A stretch of DNA of 63,819 bases, counting the filler, from a bacterium (GTDB taxonomy: Bacteria; JAJRZV01), in the NCBI GenBank assembly GCA_024275095.1. It is 4 parts of 4 records of this genome, joined end to end, with 100 filler letters (N's around TTAATTAATTAA, not from the genome) between each part and the next. Parts side by side here need not be neighbours in the genome. Positions count along the whole stretch, not along the records: positions 1 to 25,178 come from JAJRZV010000045.1; positions 25,279 to 52,022 come from JAJRZV010000048.1; 2 more parts are not named here. One strand, written 5' to 3'. The notes under the pieces are model-generated. The model saw only the letters and a list, made by a program, of their open reading frames with translations. It was not told the origin of the DNA and did no database searches. Shown piece by piece: positions 22,001 to 32,716 of this stretch (its first letter is position 1; every line of letters begins with the position of its first letter). The position numbers and the translations under genes were made by a program.

Positions 22001-22797
22001 GCAGGCAAAAGGAGCTTTCACAGCATTACCTCATCAGTCACAAATATCTCGAGCGTCTCATCGAATTCGTTAATCCACTCTCTACCGACATCATTGTCGA
22101 AATTGGCCCGGGTAAGGGAGCTTTCTCGACGCATCTGGCGAAAAAATGTAAAAAACTATTTCTCGTTGAAAAAGATATTCTTCTTATAAAGCAGCTACAT
22201 ACCCTGTTCTCTACAGAAAAAAACGTTATCATCATTAACACCGACATACTCAGCACACCACTTAAAAAAATCTCAGCAGAACCTGTACTGCTTTTCTCAA
22301 ACCTTCCCTTTTCAATTACCACCGAATTCCTCGTTTACCTGGTGATGAATCGGGACCTGATCAACAGGGCCGTGGTGGTGTTTCAAAAGGAAGTCGCCGA
22401 AAGGCTTGTCGCGGCAGCAGGAACGCAGGCATATGCCTGGCAATCTGTATGGATTCAATGTTTCTTTCACGTACAAGCAGGGCCTTCCATACCCCCTTCC
22501 GCATTTAAACCCAGGCCATCCGTTGTATCTACCTCACTACAGCTTGTTCCCCGACTCGAACGCAGGTGCGTAAAAAGGGAAAAGGCTTTTCTGAGATTTA
22601 TCCGAATGTTATTCAAACACCGGAAGAAAAAACTCTCAAATGCTTTACCCAAGGACATTAAAGAGGCCTTGCTTCAGCGAAACGCATTATGGAAAAAACG
22701 CTTAAACGAAAGAGTTTATAAATTTACTCCTGAGGACCTGTGGACAATTTTCAACCTGAGATTCACTTCACCGGGAGAGGAGGGAGAGTCAGCCTGA
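21997..22797 (+). CDS. rsmA: 16S rRNA adenine dimethyltransferase
   Basis: SQHYL, EIGPGKG, SNLPFSIT, FQKEVAERL, AFKPRPSV. Confidence 0.9.
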   Translation: MSRQKELSQHYLISHKYLERLIEFVNPLSTDIIVEIGPGKGAFSTHLAKKCKKLFLVEKDILLIKQLHTLFSTEKNVIIINTDILSTPLKKISAEPVLLFSNLPFSITTEFLVYLVMNRDLINRAVVVFQKEVAERLVAAAGTQAYAWQSVWIQCFFHVQAGPSIPPSAFKPRPSVVSTSLQLVPRLERRCVKREKAFLRFIRMLFKHRKKKLSNALPKDIKEALLQRNALWKKRLNERVYKFTPEDLWTIFNLRFTSPGEEGESA

Positions 22798-23001
22798 GGA
22801 TTTACCCCCCTTCTGCCTCTCGTCTTCCTGAATGAGTGAAAGCTGACCCGGTAATTTGTCCCGGTATTTCTCCAGCACCAGATCCACACCCTCGCGAATG
22901 TACACAGCCACCGGCACCTTAGTGCGCTCTGATAGAAGCTTCAGGTTATAATCCTGATCTGGATTGAGGTACACGGTTGTAGCTATTTTCTTACCTGCCA
23001 T
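22789..23001 (-). CDS. Small ribbon-helix-helix DNA-binding protein
   Basis: 70 aa: beta strand KKIATTVYL followed by two helices LKLLSERTKVPVAVYIREGVDLVL; SD GAGG upstream. Confidence 0.75.
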   Translation of the reverse strand: MAGKKIATTVYLNPDQDYNLKLLSERTKVPVAVYIREGVDLVLEKYRDKLPGQLSLIQEDERQKGGKSSG

Positions 23002-23143
23002 GGCAACCTCTTATACGTGAAGTTCACCGCGTATGCACAGGAACTTTATGCATGTTTGATTTTTCGTCTTCTTGTTGCCATTGACCACCATTGCAATATG
23101 TTAAATTATAATGTCTGTTAACCTAAACATCAAGGAGGAAACC

Positions 23144-23962
23144 ATGGGCGAATGGGATGAACTCTCCAGAGCTGCGGAAGAGGCCGCAAGAGTCGCCGGG
23201 GTGCTGCTTCGAAAAGAGTTCGGAAGAGTTCGAAATATCAGGGAAAAACAGCCAAATGATTTTGTTACTGAAATGGACCTTCGCTCTGAAGACGCCATTC
23301 GGTCCTTTCTTTTCGCCCGCTTCCCCAACAGCCGCATCATCTCGGAAGAACGGACTCCTGAAGAAATTGAGAAGGGTTTGACGTGGGTGGTTGATCCACT
23401 GGATGGCACAAAAAATTACATCCACGGGTTCCCTTTTGTGTGCGTCTCCGTGGCAGCGATGGTAGAGGGAAAGGTAAGGGCAGGAGCGGTATATGATTTC
23501 CTGCGCGATGAAATGTTCAGCGCCGCGGAAGAGAATGGAGCCTGTCTCAACGGAAACCTCATCCGAGTATCCGGTAAAAATTCTTTAAGTGAAGCCATGA
23601 TCAGCACAGGGTTTCCCTTCAGAGCCAAGAAGTACATAGATGTATATCTCCAATCTTTCAAAGCCGTGTTTAACAAGGTCGCAGCTGTTCGACGAGCAGG
23701 CTCGGCAGCCCTTGATTTGTGCTACACCGCCTGTGGAATTTTCGATGGCTTCTGGGAAATTGGCCTCAGCATATGGGATGTGGCGGCCGCCTCGCTCGTA
23801 CTACGCGAAGCAGGGGGCATCGTGTCAGATTTTGACGGAAGAAACAACTACCTTTATACAGGTAACATAGTTGGAGCATCTTCTGGTATCTATCAGGAAC
23901 TCTTCGATATTATCTCTCCCATCCTTGGAGGAGATGCACTCCAGGGCCTCTCGAGAGGCTGA
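23144..23962 (+). CDS. suhB: Inositol monophosphatase family protein
   Basis: WVVDPLDGTKNY, RRAGSAALDL, WDVAAA; SD AGGAGG before ATG 23144. Confidence 0.9.
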   Translation: MGEWDELSRAAEEAARVAGVLLRKEFGRVRNIREKQPNDFVTEMDLRSEDAIRSFLFARFPNSRIISEERTPEEIEKGLTWVVDPLDGTKNYIHGFPFVCVSVAAMVEGKVRAGAVYDFLRDEMFSAAEENGACLNGNLIRVSGKNSLSEAMISTGFPFRAKKYIDVYLQSFKAVFNKVAAVRRAGSAALDLCYTACGIFDGFWEIGLSIWDVAAASLVLREAGGIVSDFDGRNNYLYTGNIVGASSGIYQELFDIISPILGGDALQGLSRG

Positions 23963-24047
23963 TTTGTCTTGAAATCTTCTCAGCAGGAGTTTACTTTAGT
24001 ACAGAATTACATTTACTTTAGTGAAAAAATTGCAGAGGAGGTGAGTC

Positions 24048-24893
24048 ATGGCCCTCAACAGAGCATGCCTGGGTAAACAGTACAAGCCCCAGACATTTGA
24101 AGTCACTGCTGAACGCACCAAAAAGTATGCCCTCTCATACAACGAAGACAACCCGTGGTTCCTTGACGAATCACGTGAGGGCGGGATTATCGCACCGCCT
24201 CTTTTTGGAGTTGTGTACTCAGGCCCAAGCGTGGCAAACGCCATGTTCGACCAGGAACTCAACATCAATTTTGCCTATCTCGTACACGGTGAACAGGACA
24301 TGTATTACATTCGTCCGGTAAAGCCTGGAGACAAGATTACATCCATCTCCTGGGTGGCAGGCATTGAAGAAAAGGCAACTGGTGAAATTCTTACCGTAGG
24401 AGTGAGATGCTGGAATCAGCAGGGAGAAGACGTGCTGTTTTCTTACTATTCCTTCTTCATCCGTGATCCACAGAAAAAAAAGGAAAAGAAGGATGAAAAA
24501 AAAGAAGAAACACTCCCTGAACCAGAACACACCCAGAAAATGGAGGTCAAATCCGACCAGAGCATGATTTATGCCGAAGCATCAGGAGACCACAACCCCA
24601 TCCACGTGAATGAAGAATTCGCAAAAAGCGTGGGTTTCAAAGGAGTTATTCTTCAGGGACTCTGCACCATGGCTTTCACATCAAAAGCAGTGATTGACAA
24701 CTACCTGGACAGGGACCCCACGCGCCTCAAGAGGCTCAAGGTCCGTTTTTCCAAGCCCGTATACATGGGGGACGTCATTGAAACGCGCATGTGGACAGCC
24801 GGGGAGGCAGGACCACGTAAAATCATCAATTACTACGCGGTCAACCAGGACAACGTGCCTGTAATCCTCAACGGTGTTGCAGAGATCATCTAA
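24048..24893 (+). CDS. Double hot-dog MaoC-type (R)-specific enoyl-CoA hydratase
   Basis: LVHGEQ in domain 1; hydratase-2 motif YAEASGDHNPIH and ILQGLCT in domain 2. Confidence 0.88.
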   Translation: MALNRACLGKQYKPQTFEVTAERTKKYALSYNEDNPWFLDESREGGIIAPPLFGVVYSGPSVANAMFDQELNINFAYLVHGEQDMYYIRPVKPGDKITSISWVAGIEEKATGEILTVGVRCWNQQGEDVLFSYYSFFIRDPQKKKEKKDEKKEETLPEPEHTQKMEVKSDQSMIYAEASGDHNPIHVNEEFAKSVGFKGVILQGLCTMAFTSKAVIDNYLDRDPTRLKRLKVRFSKPVYMGDVIETRMWTAGEAGPRKIINYYAVNQDNVPVILNGVAEII

Positions 24894-25178
24894 CCCCCCG
24901 GGGTCTGGTCTCAACATTGAACATTCCGGATTTGAAACAGGTGATCTTCTCGTTCCGAAACTCCTGAGAAAGGGATAAAAACAACCTTTTAACCTCAGTG
25001 TTCCCTTATGAACAATGCGAGGGTGAGGATTGCCCAATGCAATGTATTGGTCCACTCAAGCCGAAAAGTTTTTTAAGTGAGGGGTCAGGTGGAAGTTCAG
25101 GATCATCCAGGACGAAAATAGAAATAGAAAAATATTGAGGGTTAAACCGACAACCATACCGGGCAACGGCGAGAAAGA

Positions 25179-25278
25179 NNNNNNNNNNNNNNNNNNNNNN
25201 NNNNNNNNNNNNNNNNNNNNNNTTAATTAATTAANNNNNNNNNNNNNNNNNNNNNNNNNNNNNNNNNNNNNNNNNNNN
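25179..25278. other. Artificial contig linker
   Basis: N44-TTAATTAATTAA-N44 (stops in all six frames). Confidence 0.99.
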
Positions 25279-26094
25279 GATGGCCGCCTCAAGACCTGTA
25301 AGTTCTTCCTTCTTTTTTGCAGCGGAAGAAGCTTTCTCCTCTCTTTCCTCAGCAATTTTTGACAGTGTGTTTTCTATATTCTTCAATTGCCGTTCCAGTT
25401 TTACTCGCATAATCCGATTTTTCTCAGCCTGAAGTTTACGAAAGCGCTCTGCTTTGTTGGCCTGACGTTTCAAACTGTTACGCTGTCTTTCCAGTTCCCT
25501 GATTATGTCCTGGACGCGCGATAAGTTCTCCTTAGTCCTGTCCATGCGTCTGAGCGTTTCCTCACGGCGTTTACGGTAGCGACTAATACCAACGGCTTCG
25601 TCTACATATCTGCGCAAATCATCGGGACCAGCAGTCGCCACCTCAGAAATTTCGCCCTGAGCAATAATGGAAAAGGAGCGGCTGGTAATGCCTGCATCCA
25701 TTAAGAAATCGGTAATATCTTTCAGTCTCACAACTCTTCCATTCATGATATATTCGCTCTCCCCCGAGCGATAAAGAACACGGGATATAGAAAACTCGGT
25801 GCTCCCATTGTTCTTTTCTATAAGTAAGGGGTCCTCCAGAACAAACGTGAGGGTTACCTCGGCAGAACCTGCCGGCTTCCTGTCATCAGTACCAGCAAAT
25901 ATCACTTCTTCCATGGAATAACCGCGAAGAGCTCTGTAACTTTGCTCACCCAGACACCACCGTATGGCATCCAGGATATTGCTCTTGCCACTTCCGTTGG
26001 GACCGACGATGGCTGTTATACCCTCGTGAATTTCCAGCACCTGACGCTCGGCAAAAGATTTAAATCCCTGGAGCTCTATGGTTTTTATTTTCAT
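25279..26094 (-). CDS. smc: Chromosome segregation protein SMC (N-terminal part, cut by contig end)
   Basis: LQGFKSF, IVGPNGSGKSNI, LRG..MEEVIFAG, IIAQG, start of coiled coil. Confidence 0.96.
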
Positions 26095-29000
26095 TGTAAC
26101 CGTTGCAATTCCCGCCTTGCCGCTTCTTCTAAATCAGACGGCAATCCTATTTTCAAAGCCCTGGTAAAATATCTACGCGCTTCACTCCAGCGAGAAAGAC
26201 GCCTGAGAACTACCCCTGCAGAATAATAGGCTTCAGCAAAGTTTTTATCAAGAGCAAGTGCCCGCTTGAAAAAAGTAAAAGCCTGGTCGAGAGACCCCTC
26301 CTCCAGCAAAATTTTGCCCAGCAAAAAGTAAGTTTCCGCAAGAGGCCTTATTCTGAGAGCACTGTAAAGGAGTTTCTTTCCTTTCGATATGTTGCCCTGG
26401 TATATCTGTACTTTACCAAGTTTTGTCAGGACATCAGCACGGCGCCCAAAACGCCTGAGCGCCTGTGAAAGAATTCGCTCAGCTCCCTGATAATCACCTG
26501 TAGTGATGCGCAAATCTCCAAGAAGAACATATAGATCTTTACGGTTGGGATGTGCTCCTATAGCATCCTGAAGCACCCTGGAAGCTTCACTTGTTCGACC
26601 CTTCCTGATCAGGCTTTTTGCGTATATGCTGGCATAATCAGGATCATCCTTTTTAGCAAGATAAGCCTTTTCTGCATGATAAAGTGCCCTGTCAATGTTT
26701 CCCATCTGCCAGAAAATTCGGGCCAGATTGTAGTGTGCTTCATGATACCCGGGGTTAATCTCTGTAACCTTTTTGTACAAACTTTGAGCTTTATCTTTCA
26801 TTCCCTTCATGGAATAAACTTCCGCCAGGTTGAACAAAATATCAACATCAAGCGGCTTTCCAGCAGAAGCGTTTTCATAGTAGCGGATAGCCCTGTCCAA
26901 ATCTCCGGACTCGCGAGCCACCTTCCCAGCTTCCTTAAGAACATCCACATCATTCGGAAACTTGGATAAAAGTTCATCATATACTTTTAAAGCTTGAGAA
27001 AACGCACGTTCTTGAGAATAAAGACGTGCCAGCTTTAAGTACATGGCTTTATTCTTTTCGCCTGTCCATTGAAGATACCTGTGGAGACAGAGAATAGCTC
27101 GGGGCATATCCCCGCCCTTTTCAAAAATATCCGCGAGTTCTTTTAAAAGTTCTGCATTTTCACGTGATATACTCTCAAAAGCATAAAAGGCTTGAGTAAG
27201 TGCTGATTGACGGGAATTCTTCATGAGTAAAATCCTGGCGTATACAACCCGAGCTTCTGCATTTGAAGGGTCTCTCATCAACACCTGACGCATCATTTCT
27301 TCGGCCTTAGACAAAGATTCCTTATCTCCCTCTTTGGCCGCCATGATTCTCGCGTACAGGATTCGGGCCTTTACATGGTGTGGTGATTTTGATAAGACTT
27401 CTTCCACCACTCTTATCGCTTCCTTACTCTGGTTCAAACGATAAAGCGACTCAGCGTACGCAACTGCCATGTCAGCATTTCCCGTCTCTCTATAAAGGGT
27501 GGAATAATACTGAGAGGCTGCCGCATAATCTCCGGCAGCGAATCGTGCTTTCGCCATGAATTTCAAAGCCTCTATCTTATAGCGTTCCTGATTTGCCAGT
27601 ACTTTTACCGTTTGCTCTGCCTCGTTATATCTATCTGCCAACGCGAGCAAACGTCCGAGTTCCAGGCGTAATTTAGGATCATCATTCACCCTCAACTCTT
27701 TCTGTCCTTCCTTTATGGCCTGATCGGTCTCACCTTTTATCCACAAAAGGTTCATACGTGCACGTGTGTACAGCGGCCTCAATTCCACAGGCACCTTGTT
27801 ATTTTTAATTTTCGAAAGGAGTTTTTCAGCTGAAGAAGCGTTTTTATAAAATCGAGATTCAATGTAGGCCAGTAGCAGCGTAAGTCCAAGATGCCCCTCA
27901 GGTGTTTTTTCAATATGTTTACGTGCATATCTGACAGCCTGTTCAATCTTTCCGTCTTCCAAAAGGGCTTCAGCTGCAAAGAACGCAGCAGAAGGGGTAA
28001 GTTCTTTGCCCGCACCAGAATATTTCTCTACCACGGCAGATACAATCGAGAAAAATGCTGCTGCGCGCAGCTGTGCGAGAAAGAGGGTTATGTCTACCGG
28101 ATCGAGTTCATTCCAATTGACTTCAGCTATTTTTCTCTGAAGCTGATCTTTGTCTCCGGACGCACAAGCGACCATCAATTGAAGCACATTCAAAACATTC
28201 GGAGGAACATCCTTCTCACCCTCAATCGAAGACAAAAGGTCCATCTGCCACACATGAATTCCCCCGCCTTTCTCGGTTGAGCGAATGAAACTCATCTCCA
28301 GGAAACGCACGATACTTTTCCAGTAATGAGGTGCGATGGCTGCCGCTTTTACTGATGCTGTGTAAAGTGAATCTATGTCCAACAGGGAAGAGTATGAAAC
28401 CTTTTTATCAAGCCCTGTGATTATCTCTTCTGCTTCTTTTATCTTGGAAGAACTTTCTTTCAGCAGTCCACGACGAAGGTTCAGAATTTTCGTTCCCGAA
28501 GCAGCTTCCGGATTCCCCACATACTCAAATGTGTAATAATAATATCCTCCAATTCCCCCCAGCAGGAGCACAAGAAAACCAAGGGCCATCGGAAGGGCGA
28601 TGCGACGTGTACCTGGTCTTTTCTCTTCTTCCTCTTCCTCCTCCTCTTCCTCTTCCTCCTCCTCTTCCATAAGAAACTCGTCGAAACTGATCTCTCTGCC
28701 TTCCCCCGTCTCCCTCTCCTCTTCTTCCTCCTCTTCTTCCTGAAGCAAACTTGATAGTTCTTCTTCCAGCGACTTCAATTCATCATCTTCCGCCGTGAAT
28801 TCTTTCTCTTCGGGAGCTTCCTCGACATCCTCCACCGTCTCAACCTCAACGCCTTCTGTATACAGCGAGTCCTCTTGCTCCTCCTGGTCACCCAGAAACG
28901 TTACACCTTTATCCAGAACTTCGCCTTCCTCTCCCACTTCCTCTTCAATAGAAGCGAAACTCACTTCTTCTTCCCGCTCTACAGACTCCTCCGCGGAAAG

Positions 29001-30524
29001 AGTCTCAGCCTCAAGCGACTCGACCGAAACCTCCTCTTCCACTTCGCCTTCTTCCTCCGGAGCGGCGACACCAGCATCCACATCCTGTTGAACCGGTATA
29101 TCTTCTTCTCCCATCACATCTGCGAATTCTACCTCCTCCTCTTCCTCCTCTGCCTTAACGGAATCAATCAGCGGGGGCTCTTCCACTACTTCTTCAACAG
29201 ATACAGATGTGTCTTCCACCTCTCTTTCTTCCCCTTCCAGAGAAACTTCCGCATCCTCCTGGGATGGGGTTTCAAAGCCTTCTCACATCACATCTCCAAA
29301 GTCCACATTCTCTTCTTCACCCACTTCGTCTGATATTTCCTCACGCCACGATTCTTCTTCCACCTCGGGCTTTTCCTCCATCGGAAACACATCCGTCGTT
29401 GTAGTTTTATCTACTCCCTCTGATTGAAATGTGACATCTTCTTCCTTCTCTTCCGCTTTTTCCATTTCATCACCAAGGGTTCCGAAATCAACCTCGTCTT
29501 CTTCGGGTAATTGATCAGCCTCTTCGCGAGTAATGGAAAATTCCTCCTCGGCTGTGGGAAACGTTTCTTCAATCCCTTCTTCGCGGGGTGCTTCGCTATC
29601 AAGAGGAATGCTTCCAAAATCTATTGCTTCACTCTCTTCTTCCGTCTCCTCTCTCATGGAGGTATCTACTGTTTCAGAAAGGTCCTGTGTGTCCTTGAAA
29701 AGTTCATCAGGGAGCTCTGCTTCCGCTTCCCCGGCCAGAAAATCGCCCATCGACTCAACGACTTCCTCTTCTTCAACATCCACGGACTCCGCTTCTTCCT
29801 CCAGGGATTCACCGGACTCTGAAACCTCTCTCGAAGGTTCCTCGGTCACCCCGGCCTCCTCTTCAGAGGAAAGGTCTCCAAAGCTCACGTAATCGTCCAC
29901 CTGTTCTTCTTCCGATGGTGGAATCTCTTCACCTGGTTGAACTTCGGCTGTCTCCTCTTCGGCGGAAGTGATGGAGTTAAGTGCTTCCTTCACCTCTGCG
30001 TCCGCTCCCGACTCGGCCAACGTTCTTTCAAGATATGGGCGTGCCTCTTCCGCCTTTCCCAGGCGGTACAATGAAAGCCCCAATCCCCTGAGTGCTCGAA
30101 GATTTTGAGGAGATGCGGAAAGAACTCTCTGATACACGCCCACAGCTTTATCAAGCTCACCCAGGGCAAGATAGGCATCGCCAAGGTATACAAGAATTGA
30201 CGAATGCGAATAAAAACGATCTCCCGTGCGTTTGAAAATTTCGGGGATAAGGTCATATTGTTCACGAGATATCAGTTCTCGGCAGATTTTCATCATGGAC
30301 GGGGCATGTCCTTCTTCCACCGCTCGTTGAAAATCTTCCTGCAAATGCGATGGTATCTGGTGAAGAATGGGTGTTTCTCCTCCTTCAGGCGGTTTCTCCT
30401 CCTTAATAATTTCCACCTGAAATGTGAGGCCGCACTTCTGGCATCGAAACATATTTTTATTCCTGTGCAGCAGTGCTTCAGGAACATCATAAACAGCCCT
30501 GCACCTGGGGCACCCGAATCTCAT
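26091..30524 (-). CDS. Zinc-ribbon + TPR + long acidic linker + TM helix + TPR-array protein (~1477 aa), interrupted by one in-frame TGA at 29283-29285
   Basis: CPRC..CQKC at the N terminus; ORFs 29283..30536 and 26091..29219 are in the same frame and the 21 codons between them are open (EGFETPSQEDAEVSLEGEERE); TM IALPMALGFLVLLLGGIGGYYYY; many TPRs; ATGA overlaps at both ends. Confidence 0.85.
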
Positions 30525-31174
30525 GCTGACCACCACCTTTTAAATATTTGTTTCATTTCCTCTTCTATACGATTCACCTCTTTTCTGCTCAAACCTGCAG
30601 CGAGGGCAACCCTGCGTCGAAACTCTTGAGGCATAATGTCTTCAGGACCATGTGCATCAGAATTCACGCACAGAGGAGCTCCAACCTTCCTGGCGATACT
30701 GACAACAACGCCATTACCCAGACAGTGACCCTTGCGATAAGTAACTTCCAGAAGCACCGATTTCCCTGCAGCAGCTACTGCCACCTCTTCATCAATGAGC
30801 CCCGGATGAGCCAACACGTCCACACCAGCCTCTACAGCAGCGGCATTTGTGCCTTCCCATACAGGCTCAACAAGGGTTTCACCGTGAACAAGGACAACTC
30901 TGGCCCCGGCTTTTCGCAATTCCCGGGTGAGATGTTTGATGTCCTCCGGTCTTACATGTGTAATCTCTGCACCAGGCAGTACCGTCAATCCTTTCCTGGT
31001 GAGAGCCTCGCAGGCTTTGAGAACATTGCCCAGGACAAATTCAAAATTGGAATGGTCCACATGGTCAGTAATTACAAATCCCTCAACCCCCACGCTCATC
31101 ATGCGGCGGGCCAACTCGGCAGGTATGAGTTCTCCGTCGCTGAAAACGGTATGAGTGTGAAAGTCGTATTTCAT
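30521..31174 (-). CDS. PHP-family phosphoesterase (histidinol-phosphatase-like)
   Basis: DFHTHT..SDG, ITDH, GAE, VHGE, LAHPG, NSDAH. Confidence 0.9.
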   Translation of the reverse strand: MKYDFHTHTVFSDGELIPAELARRMMSVGVEGFVITDHVDHSNFEFVLGNVLKACEALTRKGLTVLPGAEITHVRPEDIKHLTRELRKAGARVVLVHGETLVEPVWEGTNAAAVEAGVDVLAHPGLIDEEVAVAAAGKSVLLEVTYRKGHCLGNGVVVSIARKVGAPLCVNSDAHGPEDIMPQEFRRRVALAAGLSRKEVNRIEEEMKQIFKRWWSA

Positions 31175-32715
31175 GTCATGGTCCTTGTGAAAAAACTTTT
31201 CATGAATTCAGTAATAGAAGATGGTCTGTGTATATTAACCAGGTGAATCTCATCTTCATCAAAAACTTCCCTGAGTTTTTGAACGCATTCTTCTATCAAA
31301 TTTTCGTGTGCCTTGTTTTTCTTAAACGTCTCGTCCAGGAGGGTGTAAAACACAGGCCGGTATACTTTCCTGCGATAAAAATTTACCATTTCAATCACAT
31401 CTTCGCAGACATTGAACCCTCTTGAAGGATGAAAGATCACAATGGCTCCGAGCGTATCCCCTGAGAGAAAATGCCATAAGGGTTTCATTGTGCTACCCGT
31501 CGGAAGAGTGAAAAACTCCACTTCAAAGCTCTCTGATGGAGCGTAACGGCCCACACTACCGAAAGCGTGGGGTTCAGACTCAAGCCCTTGAATTTCTATG
31601 GTGAAACGATCAAAGGTTTTCAATATATCTACAAATATTATCTTATCATCTCGCTCGTTAGGAATAAGAAGCACACGCGGTTTGCCCACAAATATAAAAT
31701 CCTGCTTAATGCTTTCCATCCGTTCCATGTACTTGAGCATCACATCGGGAGGAATCAATTCATCACGCCGTTTACCTGTCTCGCGTATTGGTTTCATCAA
31801 GGAAAGTATTCCCCTATCAATGAGCGCTTTAATCGTCACAAGGACTTCGTAGTCAGGATACGTACAGTTTTCCATAATATCCTCTACGCGTGTGTAAAAC
31901 TCCGCAAGCAATAACACCTCTTTTGTAATGGGCTTGAGCGTTTCGTCCAGCTCGTGGAGTGGTTTCACAAGCCTTACGTGGTCGTTCAGTGTGGGCAGGG
32001 CTGTTTTCCTCTTTTCATACTCATCCATTTGACGCATGGCTTCCATGAGAAGGTTATCAGGAGAGGTTTTTATGTGTACCGGAGAGATAGGACGACCGGG
32101 AATAAACTCGAAGCGCCCTTTCTTCCACTTCAAAAGCCTGAAGAGCGCTTTCTCTCCCTCGATTCTGCCCAGCATTGCATTAATAATGTAGCCTTTTTCC
32201 AGGTACACAAAGCCTTTTTCACCATTTTCAGCGTTTTCTACCAGTATGGTCCCGTCTCTTCTGTTTATTGTGAGAATTTGTAAAAGGTCGATAAGGCTCA
32301 TCTGTTCAAGTTTGCCTTCTATCTCCTTTTCCCCGGCCACGGCTTCTTCGTCACGCTCTATCTTCTCTGAAATTTCTTCCACCTTTTGCCTTACACCCGC
32401 TACCACATTGCCATCTTTCTTCACCCACTTGTCATGTACGGACTTAATGGCTTCTATACGTGCCTTGTCCCTCACTATGAAAATAAAAGGTGTCTCTTCT
32501 GTTTTGGGATTGTTCCTCAAGATCTGTACAATTCGTTCAAAAGGAACAACAGATATATCCTCGTCCAGCACAATTACATCTGGAGCCTCTGTCACAGCCA
32601 TTTCTATGGCCCTTCCCCCGCCTCTTGCAACCGAAATTACATGCCCGTCTTTGCGAAGAGAATCCCGCAAGCTGATAAGAATGCGCTGATCTTCACCTGC
32701 AACGAGAACCTTCAC
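31171..32715 (-). CDS. Atypical receiver domain + DUF4388 + degenerate small-GTPase-like domain
   Basis: REC (APDVIVLD, TPFIFI); DUF4388 IEGKLEQMSLIDLLQIL..GEKALFRLLKWKKGRFEF..NLLMEAMRQMDE; C-terminal FFTLPTG..PLWHFLSGDTLGAIVIF. GTG start chosen from SD AAGGAG. Confidence 0.75.
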   Translation of the reverse strand: MKVLVAGEDQRILISLRDSLRKDGHVISVARGGGRAIEMAVTEAPDVIVLDEDISVVPFERIVQILRNNPKTEETPFIFIVRDKARIEAIKSVHDKWVKKDGNVVAGVRQKVEEISEKIERDEEAVAGEKEIEGKLEQMSLIDLLQILTINRRDGTILVENAENGEKGFVYLEKGYIINAMLGRIEGEKALFRLLKWKKGRFEFIPGRPISPVHIKTSPDNLLMEAMRQMDEYEKRKTALPTLNDHVRLVKPLHELDETLKPITKEVLLLAEFYTRVEDIMENCTYPDYEVLVTIKALIDRGILSLMKPIRETGKRRDELIPPDVMLKYMERMESIKQDFIFVGKPRVLLIPNERDDKIIFVDILKTFDRFTIEIQGLESEPHAFGSVGRYAPSESFEVEFFTLPTGSTMKPLWHFLSGDTLGAIVIFHPSRGFNVCEDVIEMVNFYRRKVYRPVFYTLLDETFKKNKAHENLIEECVQKLREVFDEDEIHLVNIHRPSSITEFMKSFFTRTMT

Positions 32716-32716
32716 C

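Noticed and set aside
24894-25178. Possible ncRNA (GGGTCAGGT, SRP-like) or ORF 24681..25055 at the end of contig 1
   Set aside because: The SRP core CCGGAAGGAAGCAG is absent, and the ORF overlaps the hydratase antisense with no motif.
25179-25278. Palindromic TTAATTAATTAA flanked by N runs (also 52023-52122 and 61406-61505)
   Set aside because: Identical artificial contig spacers; ORFs running into them are artefacts and synteny across them is meaningless.
28620-28740. TCT/TCC low-complexity tract as a repeat array
   Set aside because: It is the poly-Glu coding sequence of the acidic linker; no repeat-spacer structure.
29283-29285. Genome-wide TGA-to-Gly reassignment
   Set aside because: Many conserved genes here (groEL, purH, dapA, prs, tsaD) end at TGA exactly at their expected C termini.
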